In this document: positions 22,098-36,439 of the stretch, piece after piece | How positions within the stretch are numbered: position 1 is the stretch's first letter | Layout of the letters: each line of letters begins with the position of its first letter | DNA from: Iphione sp. A-MEVVRFRX5 | Taxonomy: Eukaryota | Direction: 5' to 3' | NCBI GenBank assembly: GCA_976226885.1 | Contig: OZ320316.1 | Location: forward strand, 39,804,001 to 39,868,000 | DNA: 64,000 nt | Position numbers and translations under genes: made by a program | The notes under the pieces: generated by a model | Databases searched by the model: none | What the model was told of the DNA's origin: nothing | Seen by the model: the letters and a program-made list of their open reading frames with translations, nothing else

Positions 22098-25000
22098 GTG
22101 AGTGGTAAAGATTTGTTCCTTGAATTGCCTAATACCACAATAACGACACACATTACTATCCGACAGTTCCTCGGTTATCAATTATTGCTCTCTATAGAAA
22201 CAAACCCTTTGTGTCTCATATTTATATTACAACTCTGAGATATATTTTGTATCTCATGTTCGAACTATTGACGAACATGTTTTCGTCCCTAGGAGGTCCT
22301 TCTGTAGAAGCACCTGTAAAGATATATTTCATACCTGCACATTTCTTCTTAATGTCAAGCTGTGCCACACCCAAGAGCATAATGACATGCAATACCAATT
22401 TCCAAATGTAGCGGCATACATAGGGTTATATTTACGCTCCGCCATAAGTAAAACACAAAGATGCAATGTATAATTAAGGAGCTACTCTTTTTTGCGGCGC
22501 GTCTATGTCGATTCTGCCAATACGCGAAATGTGAGTCAGATTACCATAGCAAAGCTCTTGTTAACCCTTACACCGGTTCAGATTAGTGCGGTGGGCTGGC
22601 TTTTGTTAAAAAGTTAAAGGCTTATGGGGCCGGTGCGCGGCGATCTTTTGTAAGTATAGAGGACAGGTAGCAGACAAAGGTCGAGAAGAAAAACAAAGAG
22701 AGAAGTCAGGTAGGAATTTCTCTTTGGGTATACTGAATCACGTCGACAGGGGAAAAATGACACATGCAAGATTAATGCGCGTCGGAGGGACGCGGTATGG
22801 GGCTGGATGACACGCCCGTCCTTACAGCAATTCCTTCAGATTGTTGTCAGCAATCACTTCATCTGAACCCATAAACAAAGGACGACCAAGACATTTAGAG
22901 CCCAGTTTGCCCTTTTTAGGAAGGATCCGTGTTGCTCAAAAATGTACACGCATTAATCTACTGATGCGCGATGTGCCAAAATGATATATGAAGCTTTGTA
23001 AAGGTTTTGCGATATAAAAGGTATGTTTTATAATTTGTTATGCTTTACGTCTTCATATGTCGGCTGACTGCGCATATTTTAGTTGTAGCAGCTTTCGAAC
23101 CTTCAGTACTACTTTTTGTGGTGAGTAGTAGAAGAATCTTGGAATTTGATCAGGCTTTAATTCAAGAGAAGTCAATCCAACATTCCAGTCCAGTGTAAAT
23201 AAAGGCGCAACAAAATGCAAGACACCAATGAGGCATAACTCATTTTTTATGACTTTCCCTAAGTGTTACTGAGGCCGGAGTCTGTGATGCCTACGTGTGG
23301 TCTTCAGACATTCCATTGTTTCGAGGGGTGCTTGCTGTAACAATGGCCTCTGTCGCAACATCCCTGTTAAGGCCGTGCCCCTGGGTGAAGGGGCGACCAC
23401 TCCAGGGCATACACCTCCCCTCCCGACGTCCCAGATTCCACTTCACCGTTCCCGCTGCCTCCTGCCGAACCTCCTCCCTTTCAAAGCTCCCTCATCCCCT
23501 TTCTGATTGTCCTTGTCATTCATTGGTCACAGCACTGAAAAACCCTGGATTTTGAGAAAGAAATCGCGTTATTGTTACGTCATGTCATCGGATAACATTA
23601 CAAAGGCCTTGTGGTCAGACCCACCCCAGACAAATGGGTTTGCGCCCTGTTTTTCGTGCCTCGTATTATTCCTCCACTTGGAGGGCGTCCAGAAATTAAC
23701 CTGAACTTAAACTCCGACAGGAAGAGAACCCGATGGGGGTTGGCAGTCGCTGTTGCGTGGGGTTGAATTGAGCGGCGCAGGCTGGCGCGGTGGAGGAGGG
23801 TAGGTGGCATAAGGGGCGGTGTCGGGGGGGGGGCGTCTCACAACAGAGGAGGTCAAATGGATATGTTGTCTGGGGGTGGCGCACCTTGTCAGCGCGGGCG
23901 CCTTAATCCTGTTAGCGGTTGACCCCTCTACATGCCCAGGGTCCCTTACCGCTGACCTCACCTAGCTTTGCCTCCACGGTGCTCGGTCGCGAAGGAGGTA
24001 ACAAATATGGCGGCCAGCGACCCGATGTGAGCTGCTGTGTCAAGATCGACCGCTCCAGCCCCACAGTGCGTCGCTACAGAGGTGGGTGGGGTTGCCCCGG
24101 CATCATCCATTTTTCTCTTTTCTCCAATATCAATGGGAATCCGCGGACCAGGAGAGTCGGTCCTCCCTAGAAAATTTTTATGCTGATGGATAGAATATTG
24201 AACGTGATGAAAGGGTATTAGAAACTTTTTGGACTAAAGAGGCGACATTGGACCATTGTGGGCTTGGCCCTTTGTGAGAGGCGAATGGAGCCGCTGTCAT
24301 TGTAGACGAGTCGGAACATTAAAGTGCACTCGGAGATTAGGCTAAAAAGTCAGGGCGCTGCCGAAAGGAATCCCTTCCATATTTGTGTTTTAAATTTCAA
24401 GGCATTGAGTTCGGTAATGATGCCGGCGTGGGGAGAATACTCGAGGGATGAAGCGGTGAAGGACTCAACGCGCTGATAGCCCGGTGGCAAGGCCGTAAAA
24501 TTAATACGTCACAAATGGAATTTTGAAGAAGCTCCGAAAGAGGTGATTAGCATAGATGGCACTAATATGGAATGAAGGTGGGCTCGGGTGGACGGCCAAG
24601 AAATCTAACGCAGCCATCTAATTAAAATTCAAACGTGCCTAAGCTGATCAAGCCTCGGAGGGACAGCTCATAACGCATGAATGCTATATGCGGAGTATTA
24701 AAACTGAGTGGGGCGGCCCTGCGCGCGGCGAACGGGAGTAAAGTGTCCCTGCTTGTATGTCACCCTCCGCAGGCATTGAGGGAGTTGGGGGGACCCTGAA
24801 AAAAGTAGTCCCTTTGTAATTCTGTCGGTAATGAGAGCTGATTTAGGGGTAGAAGGACGGCGCGGCTGCTGGCGCGGACGGAGCGGACGCCAGCGCGCAG
24901 GCAGGTTAGGCTGGTTAGGTAGGGAGGGTGACGGACTGGGTGGGCGTCCTGGATTTCCTCAATGGAGTTGTGTAGAGCTGTATGGAAGGATGAAGGAGGG

Positions 25001-28000
25001 AGGGGGCTGAGGGGCATTCTGATACAGCTGCCTGGATGGCGACGCCACTAGGGGCCACCCCGTCGCGCATCAACACGTGGAGGAGACGAGAAAACAGGCG
25101 CCCACATTGTGTACCGAATGTTAATAAGGGCCCTCTGTGGGAGGTACACTTCGTCTAGGGGTTGCCACTGGTTCTTAGGTTAGATACAGCACAGTGCTGT
25201 ATGTATGTTAACCTCTAGTCTTATAGTCCCGTAGGTCCCACGTCTACAAATGCATTCAACCTATGAAACATACCTCGGAGAGCGACCCATAAGGACCTTC
25301 CTAATGAACATGCCCTGCCTACCCTACATCTCTGAATCACTCTCTAATCACCGTAGCTCGAGGCTAGACCCACAGTATTATATTATACTCCCAGCTTATC
25401 CTCATCCCAGGAAGGAAAGCAGTCTTTTAAAAAAAGTTATTTTCAGAGGACCAAATCTTTGCCCCGAGGTAGCAACGGAGGCTGGCCAAGGAGAAGAAGC
25501 AATTAAACCACGACGAGGGTTGTATGCAGGGAGGGAATTAATCGTGCTTGGCGGCAGTAAGGGGTGGACTCTTCCTATGGTGGCAGGGACATGTTTTGTA
25601 TAGCCGGACCGGCGATGGCTTCATGGGGCTCACTGTGAAGGTGCGTTAGACGTAATGGTCTTCTTATGGCAACTGCTTCCTTCCCCGCTGCCGACGCTAG
25701 GCGGGCGACGGATCACGCCCAAAGACAACCCGTCACATCAGGATCTACCGCAATACATCTCCCTGTTGCCAAGCTGTCGTCGTTCAATATCCCCTCCCCT
25801 CCACACCAAAGTTAAAGCCCATCATACCCTTTGGTTTTTTCTCTCCCCACACACACTCCCGGCTCCTCTCACCCCCTCCTTGCATACGGGTTGGTTGCTG
25901 ACTGTCGTTCGGAAGACCATCCAAGCAAATGCAGGATAGGGGCGCCTACTCACCACGAGGTCTACAACTACTTGATAAAGAACCACGCTGACTCGTTGAG
26001 GAGGCAAAGATCATCCGAGGCAGATGGTGCCTTAAGCCTGGAAGGGCCTGGTTACATTACAGCGACCATATCTTCTTGTCAAGAGGGCAGGCAGGGATTA
26101 GGTGGGGTTTGAGATATATGGGGATAGGTTGGTGTTAGGGAGTGAGGTTGGGTTGAAGGCCGACGCTCTGGCGCTCGACGCCCGACGGAAGGGCCGGTGG
26201 TTGCCGGCTGATATACGAGCCCCGGCTGGGCATGTAGAGCCGGCCGCATCGCGGGCAGCATCCATCAGCTGCCTGGCCGCGCTGCTTGGCCGTGATAGAT
26301 TGGCGGCGGGCCGGGAGGGGCCGGGACGGACCGGCCTCGGTTGGGGCAGGCATGCCGCGAGGAAAGCACCCGGGAAGGCCGGCCGGCCGGCCGACGGGGG
26401 GGAGGTGTGAACAATGGCTGCGAGCGACCAGTTCGGCCCACCGTTTCCACCATAGACACTCTACACTGCCTCACCCGTATAGAACAGGGGCGCGGGCGGA
26501 CACGGAGACAAAGACAGCAGTCCTTCCTATGTCCACATTAAGATATATAGCGTGTCGCGAGACAATGACGCCTGACCATCAGTACCTTGCCCTCAAAATT
26601 GAATTACGCTGAGCAAGGCGAAGAGAACAAAGGGATGGAGTCGAATTATTTTCCGAATACATCAATTAAATTGAATTAATTCTATAAAAAAAAATCTGCT
26701 TTCGTTCACGCATGGAGTGGACTTCAACTAAAAAGAGAGTTTATACTCGCTGAAACCACTTCATAGTTAATTGCATCTATTCAGCGCCTTGATTGTCAGG
26801 TATAAACAATGGACTGATTTATGACTTTACAGTTGAGAGATATACATGACATCGCGGCCCTCCAAGGACAGCAACCCATAGTAAATTACCCTTGAACATT
26901 CATCAAAGTGGAATCTCAAGAGCAGAAGCTATCCGAGGAATTGTCAGCAGAATGCCACCTGAGTACATGGAAAATATAGGGTATGTCCTTTGTCTGAAAG
27001 TAAAAAGCCGCATCATTTATCTACTACTCAGGCTTTAGGACCTACAGTGAAGATACATACCTTCGGCGGCCGTCTTCGGCCTGCTCAGGTTCTTACATAC
27101 AAAAAATAATATACATGTACATGCATACATATATTGATGCATCTACTAAATTTTACGTATTAGTAGGTGTTATTATTATGTATTCGCACCTTCCATGATA
27201 CTGTACTTTTCTCCTCCATGTTTTTCGTCTTCCTACTCTCTGAAAAGTAAAATGGAATAAAATGGCTTACTGTGATTTATCAAGTAAGACATGATCATTT
27301 ATGCAAATTGCAAATGGCAATCAAGAAATAATAGTGGAAATTTACCGTATGCATGCAAGCATTTTTATCAACTGTACGATGTTCAATTTGCATGTGCTGT
27401 TCGTTGAAGTTTGGTCCAAGTACGTGTATTTTCATGATGTCTGAATGTTTTCATTGGTGGCTACGACATTTGAGAGTTCACATCTTGGCATCATCTGCCT
27501 CCCTTCTTTCTGGGCGACTCTGGAACAGTTCACATGCAAATCAAAGCGTTTTGATAAATGGCAAGAAGCCCTGGCACCCCCTTCTGTTTGACATCCATGC
27601 TGTTCACATGCATGACCCAAAACAGACAATTTGAAATGGCCGTATAAAGTTCGCGTGAGTGTTCGAGCGTTTCTCATGTTTCTCCCCGATCAAAAAGTTA
27701 AGGATGCTGGCACGCACATGTAGGTAGATGGTAGCGCTCCCTATTGGCAGATTCAGAGATGCTTCATTGTGTGCGTCATCCCTGCTCAAGACTGCCCCTC
27801 GTCCAAGACCTGAAGAAAGGTCACGATACGTCCAACAACCGCAGCTGAGCCCATGGAACACTTTGTCAATGTACCTCAATGTTATGGTATTATTCCGCAT
27901 ACGACCACATGGGGATAGCAAGCACACTTTTTCTCAAAGGTGGTAACCCACAAAATACATAAAGCCTGTTTGGGAGCAGCAAGTTCATAAAGTATGGCTA

Positions 28001-29349
28001 ACCACGAACTGATTTATTGGCAAACACCTTCCGACCTACTTCTGATGGTCATTTAGTGAGAAGAATCCCCCTCGTCCTCAATACAATCGAAGATATATTT
28101 TCAGTGCTTTCCTCTGTGTCACAAGCTTTACTGACATTTGTAGCCGTTGGCTTCTTAAATGTGATCGGGCCATTGTGATCGTTAGAGTTTTGGCGCACGG
28201 CTTTATTATTTGATGATTGCCAAGCCACGCGTTGGCCATGTGTCCCTTGTGTCAGTTGACGGCATGGAATGCCTCCTCACTTACATGCCAGGAGGGCAAG
28301 CAAACACATACAAGCATACACACATGCTCGTTTTGGAAATGCTCATTAAGCTTCTCAACGTGGAATGTTTTAAGTAAAGAAAGTTCCGTCTGAAATAAGA
28401 TTCGAGTTCTACCTTCAGAAAGTTTCGCACTAAATAATCAAAGAGCTATTTCAGTAAGACGGATCTTTCCCTTTACAAAATAGGACAAAATGCAGCAACC
28501 GTTCATAGGAGGATTTATCAATGACATTTTGGCTTAAAAGATTCCGGACGTTCAAGAAGTGTTTAATGGCAGACAGGAAGAATTTACCTTCCTGCTACCT
28601 AGCTGGAGATACATGAAGGTGGTCGGAGGGGACGTTTGCCCCCAAAGGAAGGACAGGTGGTGCGGGCATGATGGGTTCGACCAGGGTCTTGGAGAGCGGG
28701 GTTACTCTTGGTTACTTAACCTACCGTAAAACTTCAGCAATTGGGGCTACCTTTATGTAGAGTTGAATTGCTAGCCGGTCTTCTACTTCGCACAGAATCA
28801 TTGAAGGCAAGACAATGCAGGCGTGATGGAGATATGAAGGCTGTATATTCCTTTCTTTATCCTTCCATATTAACACAGTTATGTTTTACATATTTTATTC
28901 GAATTTGAGAATACATGTACATATTCACATATACACGTTTTAATCTACGCTATATGCATTACATGCTTTCGCGAAGCAGACTTTCAAGAAATCATTGATA
29001 ATTATTTTGAAAAAAACAGGATCTTTATGAGATTTCTGTTTTAATTGACACAGTTATGTTATTATGCGGATTACATGAATACATTAATCGTTACGTTTAA
29101 CATTTGATCCGGTAGCCCTGAAACATGAAATCGTACGCTTCGAAGAATTCGAATATTTTTGTTCGTATTACATCTTTCGTATGATAGACAACTTGTAAGT
29201 CATTATTCCCATTGTATAATGTCCAATGTATAAGGCCTATAGCAGTGGGCGGAGGGCACGTGTTGGGTGCTAACTCTTCCAGCGTCGTGAAGACGCTGGC
29301 CAAGTCGGCCCATCGTGTATGTATGCATGCCGAGCCTAGTTTGCATCGG

Positions 29350-29366
29350 GGCCACCAGGGGGCAAG
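29350..29366 (+). promoter_or_regulatory. CTCF-like binding motif
   Basis: GGCCACCAGGGGGCAAG matches CCASYAGRKGGCRS at 13/14, with the mismatch at the terminal position. Confidence 0.45.
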
Positions 29367-32300
29367 CCCTGGCGACATAGTGACCTGAGGCTGAGGGCTA
29401 GACAGGTGGGTACTGCGGCTGACCTTGGCTGGCCAGCCATGCATGACCGACAAATAGCCCGGCCGCTCAGGCCCCAACGTCTTCCGCATTCAAACGCGGG
29501 TAGGCCGTGGGGTCATGGAGACGACCAACAGGGGGGTGAAGGGGTCAGGTGTCCGCGAGCGGCTGGTTGGGAGGGGGTGTTAGTAGCGAAACACACACAT
29601 CGACGTCTTCTACGAAAGATACCTCAAGGCTGAGGTAACCGTGGTCTGATAAAGAGGTCATTATTAACTCGATCTTAACCTGATTAATCAACTATATATC
29701 ACACTGCATGTACATGTATAGTAAAATCCTGGCACCATACTATCAGATTGCCACGTAAAAAACAAAACTTCTACATGTCATGAAGACAATGGATGCTAAA
29801 ATATTACAAGTACATTTCAACACATTGGCGAAAACGCATAATTAACACTATTTTAGTCTCTCTGGTTTTATGTGGAAGTTCTCGTATTCTCCTGCCAGAC
29901 CTATGACCTTTGAGCAGATCTTAAAATACTAGTATCGCTAACATTACTTCAAGTAACAGACGGGTTATTTTCAGACCAGACCTCAATCTCAGAAGACTTT
30001 TACTAAATCTGAATACTGACTTGGTCCTTTATTGTGAAAGCGAACATTACCATCACACATATGACATGCCCGTATCATGTACATGTGCATATATTCATGT
30101 ATGTGCACAAATGCTTTCTAACATAGTTGTTTGTAATAAAATTAATGGTATCTCTTGCAACTGCCGAAGTAAGGATAATGGTGATTTAAAATGTCATCGA
30201 GTTTCTACCACGAGTCCTACATGGCGGCGTATAAGATGCGTATAAGACATTGTACTTCCTACGTCACATTACCTTGTTTATATATAGTTTTAGTTGAATG
30301 GGTTCTATGTTAGATCTGGGTCAACTATCCTGGCTATATTTGCTGCGGGTTTATATCAGCTGTCTACGTGTGTTCTTGCTGTTGGTTGTGCCTCTCGAGG
30401 ATACGTGTTCAACCACCCACCCCCGTCCTCCCGCCTCTTCCTTACCTGACCAGCCTGCCGCCTATCGTAAATGGTCTCTTTCTTCGTATCCTGGGCCATT
30501 TCTGTGGATGTCATTCCTGTTTCTAGTTCTCCTTGCTATCTTTATCACAGACTTATATATATGTAAATATAATACATCCACATTAACGACCCTCCTCCAC
30601 CCCGACTTTGTTGTTCTTTTGTCTATGTCTTTTTGTCTCTTAAATGTCTTTTCTGGACGTCTGTATACCATTTCTGTATATCTTTTCCTTCTGTCGCTCA
30701 ACGTTTTTTTTATCGGCGTCTTTTTATTCTACACCTATGTTCACTTGCTGTGTCCCTCCGTCATTTGACTTCTTGTGTTCCCTCATTCCTGACCCATTTC
30801 TCCCCTTCCCTTGCGCATACATTCGGTTTAAGCCTATCTTCGTCTTCCCCCTCCGCCCTTCTCTGCTCAGCTCCCCCCATCCCCACCCACCTAGTGTATT
30901 GACGTCGCCTGAGTCTGATTAGAAGCATGTGGCCGTGTTGCGTAGAGACTGCGCACTAAAGTATAGACACGGGGACCCCATGTTCCCTGGCAATTCCACA
31001 GTGCTGGCAAAACATCTCTGCCTTAGGTTGTTAATTTAGAATGTCATCCATTAGTGGTGTCTTCAAATTGAATTACGTCGGTGTTGGAAGAAACCGCCGG
31101 TTGCGAGGCGGAGATTTGCATAGTGCGAGTGTCCCCCTTTAGAATCCCCCCACCGATTTTGGCGTCCTTTTCAATTTAGGTTAGCAGGCAGGAAATAGGC
31201 ATGACCTTTTGTCGGCTAAATACGCAGTGTCGGCAAGCGAAGCGGCTGCCGGGTCCGAGTGCCGCTTCCTGTGGGCGACCTGTGGCGGGAGCCGCTTGCA
31301 GACAAAGGGTATACATTGGAGGAGTGCCTCAGTAGATAGTTGTTGCCTCTGCGCATGTTTCTGCGACTCTTTCGCTTTTCGATTGCAGACGACGTCCGCC
31401 CTTTTCATGAGTCCGCGGAGGAAGTCGTTGAAATGAGGCAAGCAGACGCACACTATTTTAAATCAACTCGTCCTCACAAGCAAACAGTACGACAATGCTA
31501 TAAATGTCAGTTTTACTTTTTCAATAAGGTACTAAGCTATGTGTGCGTATATTGCTATATAGTATACAAACAAGTACATATATAAATGCAATTGGCGCCA
31601 AAAAGTAATAAACGTATGCACGTATATAGAGAAGTATATATGGTAATGTATGTACACGTATCATATATCAGAAATACTTCATCAACAGAAAAGATATTCA
31701 AAGGCCACCGTGACATTCACTTCGAGCTGTAAAAACAATACATGTATACAGCTTTCGTCGAGAAGTTCTTCGCCCACCGCTTTGAGTATTTCATCCTTAG
31801 GGTTACGTTTCAAAATGGATTTGAACGCGAGTGCACAACGATCGTTTTTCAAATAGCCTCATAAGCAAGCCTTGTGGTAAGGTACACCCGCTGACCTTGC
31901 AGAGATAAAATGTGCATCTATGATAATGAAACTTTAGTCGTCCGCCCCTTCAAAGGAACCCAGCAAATGGATGGCTTTTGAAATGCAGATGGCTGCAGCG
32001 AAAGCGGCAGGCATGGATGTGAAGTAGGCAATGAGCGGAGAGCAGCCACCACATGCGCCTCTGATGCTTTTGGTTGAGATGTTACCGACTTCTGTGAGTG
32101 TTTGGATGGGAGTAAAAGGCGCAGGCCGGCAGGGCGTGCCTCATGTGAGTAGCCACTGAGTGGGTGAGTCTGGCCAGGCAGGTCGGTCGCAGGAGGTGTT
32201 TCTTCGGCTGTGATCAGGCGAGGCGGTCGGGCATCTGGGTGTAAGAGATGAGGAGACGGCTAGCGAAGGGGGTTGCAGCTCAGGAGATGGGTGGGCGGTG

Positions 32301-35300
32301 TAGTTAGGCGCGCGCGCTCCACGCGCCGTGCACGCACCCAGACGCCAGCAGGCGCAACTTGGCCGCTGCACGTCCCGCGTGTATAACCGTAGGTCAGAAA
32401 AGATTAAAGCCACCCCGCGTAAAAACGGTACCTGGGAATCTGGGCACGGGCAGCACGCCCGACCGGCAGGGAATCCGCCCGCCCACCCTATCGGCTCAGG
32501 GTGCGAGTGAACGGTGGGTGAGTGGGAGGGTGGGTGGTTCAGAGAGGGGTGACAGGGTGGGATCGGCTCCTGTAGGGTTGGTGAGCAAGGAGCGGGAAGC
32601 TGAGGAACGGACAGGAGGATTGTATAATGATCAAACCAAAGCTTCCCTAGCCAGAATAAAACCGCCCACCCATCCACTCTTAAACCGATGGCCTAGGAGG
32701 AGGGCTACAACGGAAAGCCACCTGATATCTTGGGTGACGTGATCGAGGTCATTTGCAAAGCTTAATCATATAAATATTTTACTATCTGTTCTTTCCCAGC
32801 CAAATGCTCTGTCTCGGGTGCTGATTAATTGCGGACAGAAGCCATAAAAGGAAATTACCGGTTGAACACCAAAAAGAAAGCCTTTCCCACAGCAGTCACA
32901 GCAAACATAATGTATACCTACCAGTACAGCAGTAATATGATACAAATGATTAGAAAATTGAATTATTCTGGCTAACTCAAATGTCTTGTTTGGAAATGTG
33001 AAGAGCGCTTTTGTCAAAGACAGTCAACAGTGTGAAGATGATTGGACGCAAAACTATTTTTGATTTCTGCAGTATCAGCACAAGAGGAGCAAGAGGAACA
33101 GAGCCAAGAAGATTATGAATAGGAGTGATCTTCAAGTGGTAGACGCTCTCTGAGGAGACATTGTATCTGTCACTTATGGGAACATAAACATTGCGTCAGG
33201 TGCCTGAGAAGAAGTGGTACTTTTCTATGGATTGGTTGAAAGCAATGTATTAATTCCAGACGCAAATGGAAGCATCCTTCTTCATTGATATCTATGCCTG
33301 CAGGAGATGTAACCATTGACAAATGGTCAGTGTGAGAAATAACTCCCCGACAGAGGTACTATTGGAATATTGGTCTTACTCTGAGTGTCATAATAGCAGA
33401 GCCAGTTGGTGCCACGAAAAAAGTCGATGTAAAAAACATTAGCAATTGGAAGGTCTCCCAAGGAATCAAAACAAAAGGGAGGAAAAAGGGGCGTTTTATC
33501 GTTTGTATCCGCGCGGCGTACGGTCGACGGAAACAGGTAACCAATTACGAGGATCCTCCGTTTTCACCTCAATTATTGATTTTTCTTGCTGACAGCTTTG
33601 GATGTCCTCCACACACGCACACGTCGGTGGCTTCTTGCTGTGGAGCCGCCGGCGCCTGCTGTCGGTCGAACAGGGAAGAAAGAAGCCCAGCTTTAAATCT
33701 TCCCGCTGTTTTCTCTCGCGATCGCATTCAACCTGCTTCGCTCTTCCGACCCATTCCACCTGAGGTCGTCGTGGCGACGTGCCTTTTTTCAACATCGGAA
33801 GAATAGGGGGAAGGCAAAGAATGTCGCCCGCATGCAGAATGCCTTGTCTTCGTCAGCGCATGACGCACCCGTACGGCCAACTTTACCTTATTCTGTCCAA
33901 CCAGCCAGGACCCCGTGAACCTCCACATCTTTCATCTGACTCCCCGCGAACAGCCACTGACAGAAGTGGCTGAAGCACGCACCGGTGTACACCGAGTAAA
34001 CCGAGAGGGCAATTAGATTTTTATGTTGGACCATCCTGATGTAAATCAGGCATGACTGACCGGCTCTGCGCCTGCGTGCTGCTCTCATCCTACATGACGC
34101 AATGCCATACCGCTGGCGCCCATCATTCCAACCTCCTCCCCACCGCCATACGTTGGCTTCCTTAATGCACTGGCCCTTGCGTGTCTATCCAATTTATAAC
34201 ACAAGACAAATATATGTGGACGGCTAAACGCAATATATTGAGGACCATTAGGTTGATTTAGGAAATATTACATTTCCATAAATACACGTGTCGTGTGGAT
34301 TTATTGATGAGTGGGCCTCTAGAGCTTGCCGAGGTAGTCTAAACTATCGTCATTGTGGCTTCTACAAGTGCTTTCAACATGCTTTATCTGCATCATTCAC
34401 TATATGATGGTGATGGGTGAGACTAGTAGTATGGTACTATAACTGTCATCGCAGCTACTTCCAGTAGCTACTAACTCCACATTACAGACTGCATACTACA
34501 TAGACTGAAAATATTTAAAACTGAATCATGCACCCCATTGTTTCTATAACAGAACCTAGGGAATCAGACATACACCTTTATATTTTTAGAAGGGCTTACT
34601 TGCATTTGGATACGACAAAAACACACAAAGGGGTTTGGATCATGCCAGTCATTATACTGAAACATCTGACATGAAGTGACGCAAAAAAAATGGGGAAGAA
34701 AAGTCCATGTTTAGCAAGCCTCTTAGTCATTCCGTATGAGATCAAGCAACCGTTGACACCATCCGAGTAATAATTCAAGGGGAATCTGGCATGAAAAATA
34801 TCACCAAATTTATGCGTCACTGTTATAAAGGTACTTTATATATGTATCACTAAACTATTAACTGTATGCTGGCTTAAAAGCATCATAAGCTCTCACGAAA
34901 CGTGTACAGGTAAGCACGTTCAGATTTTAAAAATTTGGTGGCTATTCTAGCAAGCTATTTTTATCGCCAACCTTAGCAGACAACCCTAATTAGCTGTAGT
35001 TCATGGTAATGAAATGCTTCTCGGTTAGGAAATTCTTCCTACATTTCTAGCCCTGTTAATCTTGCAGCTCTGAGTAACCCGAGACTGGTAAGGTGGCTGA
35101 GCCATTACCTGCTGGTAGAAGGTCAAAGCTCCACCAAGCGCCAAGCGTGCCAACAATGGCCGCAGCCAGCAAGCGGAAAGATTCACCCATGAATTATGAA
35201 ATAATGTCTAATTGGGCGAGCCAGAGGGGAGCGTGGACACCGAAGACGTTGGCTATGCCCTCTCTGTCAAAAGATCGAGTGAGATCAATTAGTTTGATTT

Positions 35301-36398
35301 GGCATAATGGGCAGTACCGGCGGCCGGCGGTCGGCGAAGGGAGAGAGGATGAGAGCAGATCAGACGGCCAACCTTCCAACAAGAGAGCAGGCCGCAGACC
35401 AAAGTCCGCCTTACATGTTTTCTTTTCGCGACTGCATTTTATCTGAGAAAGACTTTATGAATAACGAATTATGGCTGAAGTTATAGTACAAATTCGGTTA
35501 ACAACCAGATTCAGAGCCGCCAGAGGACAGAAATTGCATGGATCAAGTTAGAAAGCTCAAAGGGATTCATCATCTTCATGATTGCGCGCGACCATTTTGT
35601 GTAGACGATATCCCAATTGGAGCACCCTATGTAGACCGGAGTAGAAGTATTCAGATGAAGGCCCTTAGCATAAAGGTCATCAGATGCTTGATTGTCTGCG
35701 CCTTCTTGATTGCTTTATCTGCTAGGGTAATGGGCCAAGTCAGGCTTTATCACATTCCTCTGTAGTTCTCATAGGGGAGTGCCAAAAGGGCGGGCCTGGT
35801 TCACTTTGTTCTTTGACACTAAGGACTTACACCTCCAGAGGTGCATCTATTTCATAATGTCGTTCTCATCGTGACGAAGTGCTCATACTGTCTCCCTCCA
35901 ATACCGACACTAATTATTTTCTCTGTAGCCATTTCCTCAGGACTACATTGGAAAATTTGATCAAGCTGCCTTTTTTTCGAAGATCAAACACACGGTGGAT
36001 TGCATCCCGTAGCACAGATTTATTGCTTACCGGACGGCGGGGAGCAGCATCTCAAAATAGAAGGCCCTGAGGATGGTGCATGGAGCGAGAAATTGTGCCG
36101 GTTTACTTGCAGGACTCCACAGTCCGTAGAAAGCCGTTCTATTCTACCTGTATCGGCTTCTGGCTATTGTCATTCTTCACAAGAAGGGACAATCACAGGA
36201 TAGTGGTAGTGGTGTGCTTCAATTGTCCACAGAAGCTCTTTCGTTGTCTTTAAAATCCATCTCCTATATCATCATTTCACTCCCATCGGTCCCAACTATC
36301 CCCATCCACTCTCCTAACGCCACGCTCACAAGCTTACGCATCATTTCCTTCATGCTTCCAGTCCCAGTTCTACGTAAAGATGCCACTCTCTCAACGAC

Positions 36399-36439
36399 TC
36401 AATTTGGATTCGGCAGATGGGTGGCCGAATCCAAATTGA
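36399..36439. repeat. Perfect 16-bp inverted repeat with 9-nt loop
   Basis: TCAATTTGGATTCGGC-agatgggtg-GCCGAATCCAAATTGA read directly. Confidence 0.95.

Noticed and set aside
28674-28684. GGTTCGA B-box-like word (tRNA/SINE)
   Set aside because: No A box at the right spacing, no cloverleaf, and an incomplete B box.
30298-30768. 156-aa hydrophobic ORF
   Set aside because: A pyrimidine-rich low-complexity tract gives Leu/Phe/Ser bias; no splice or domain support.
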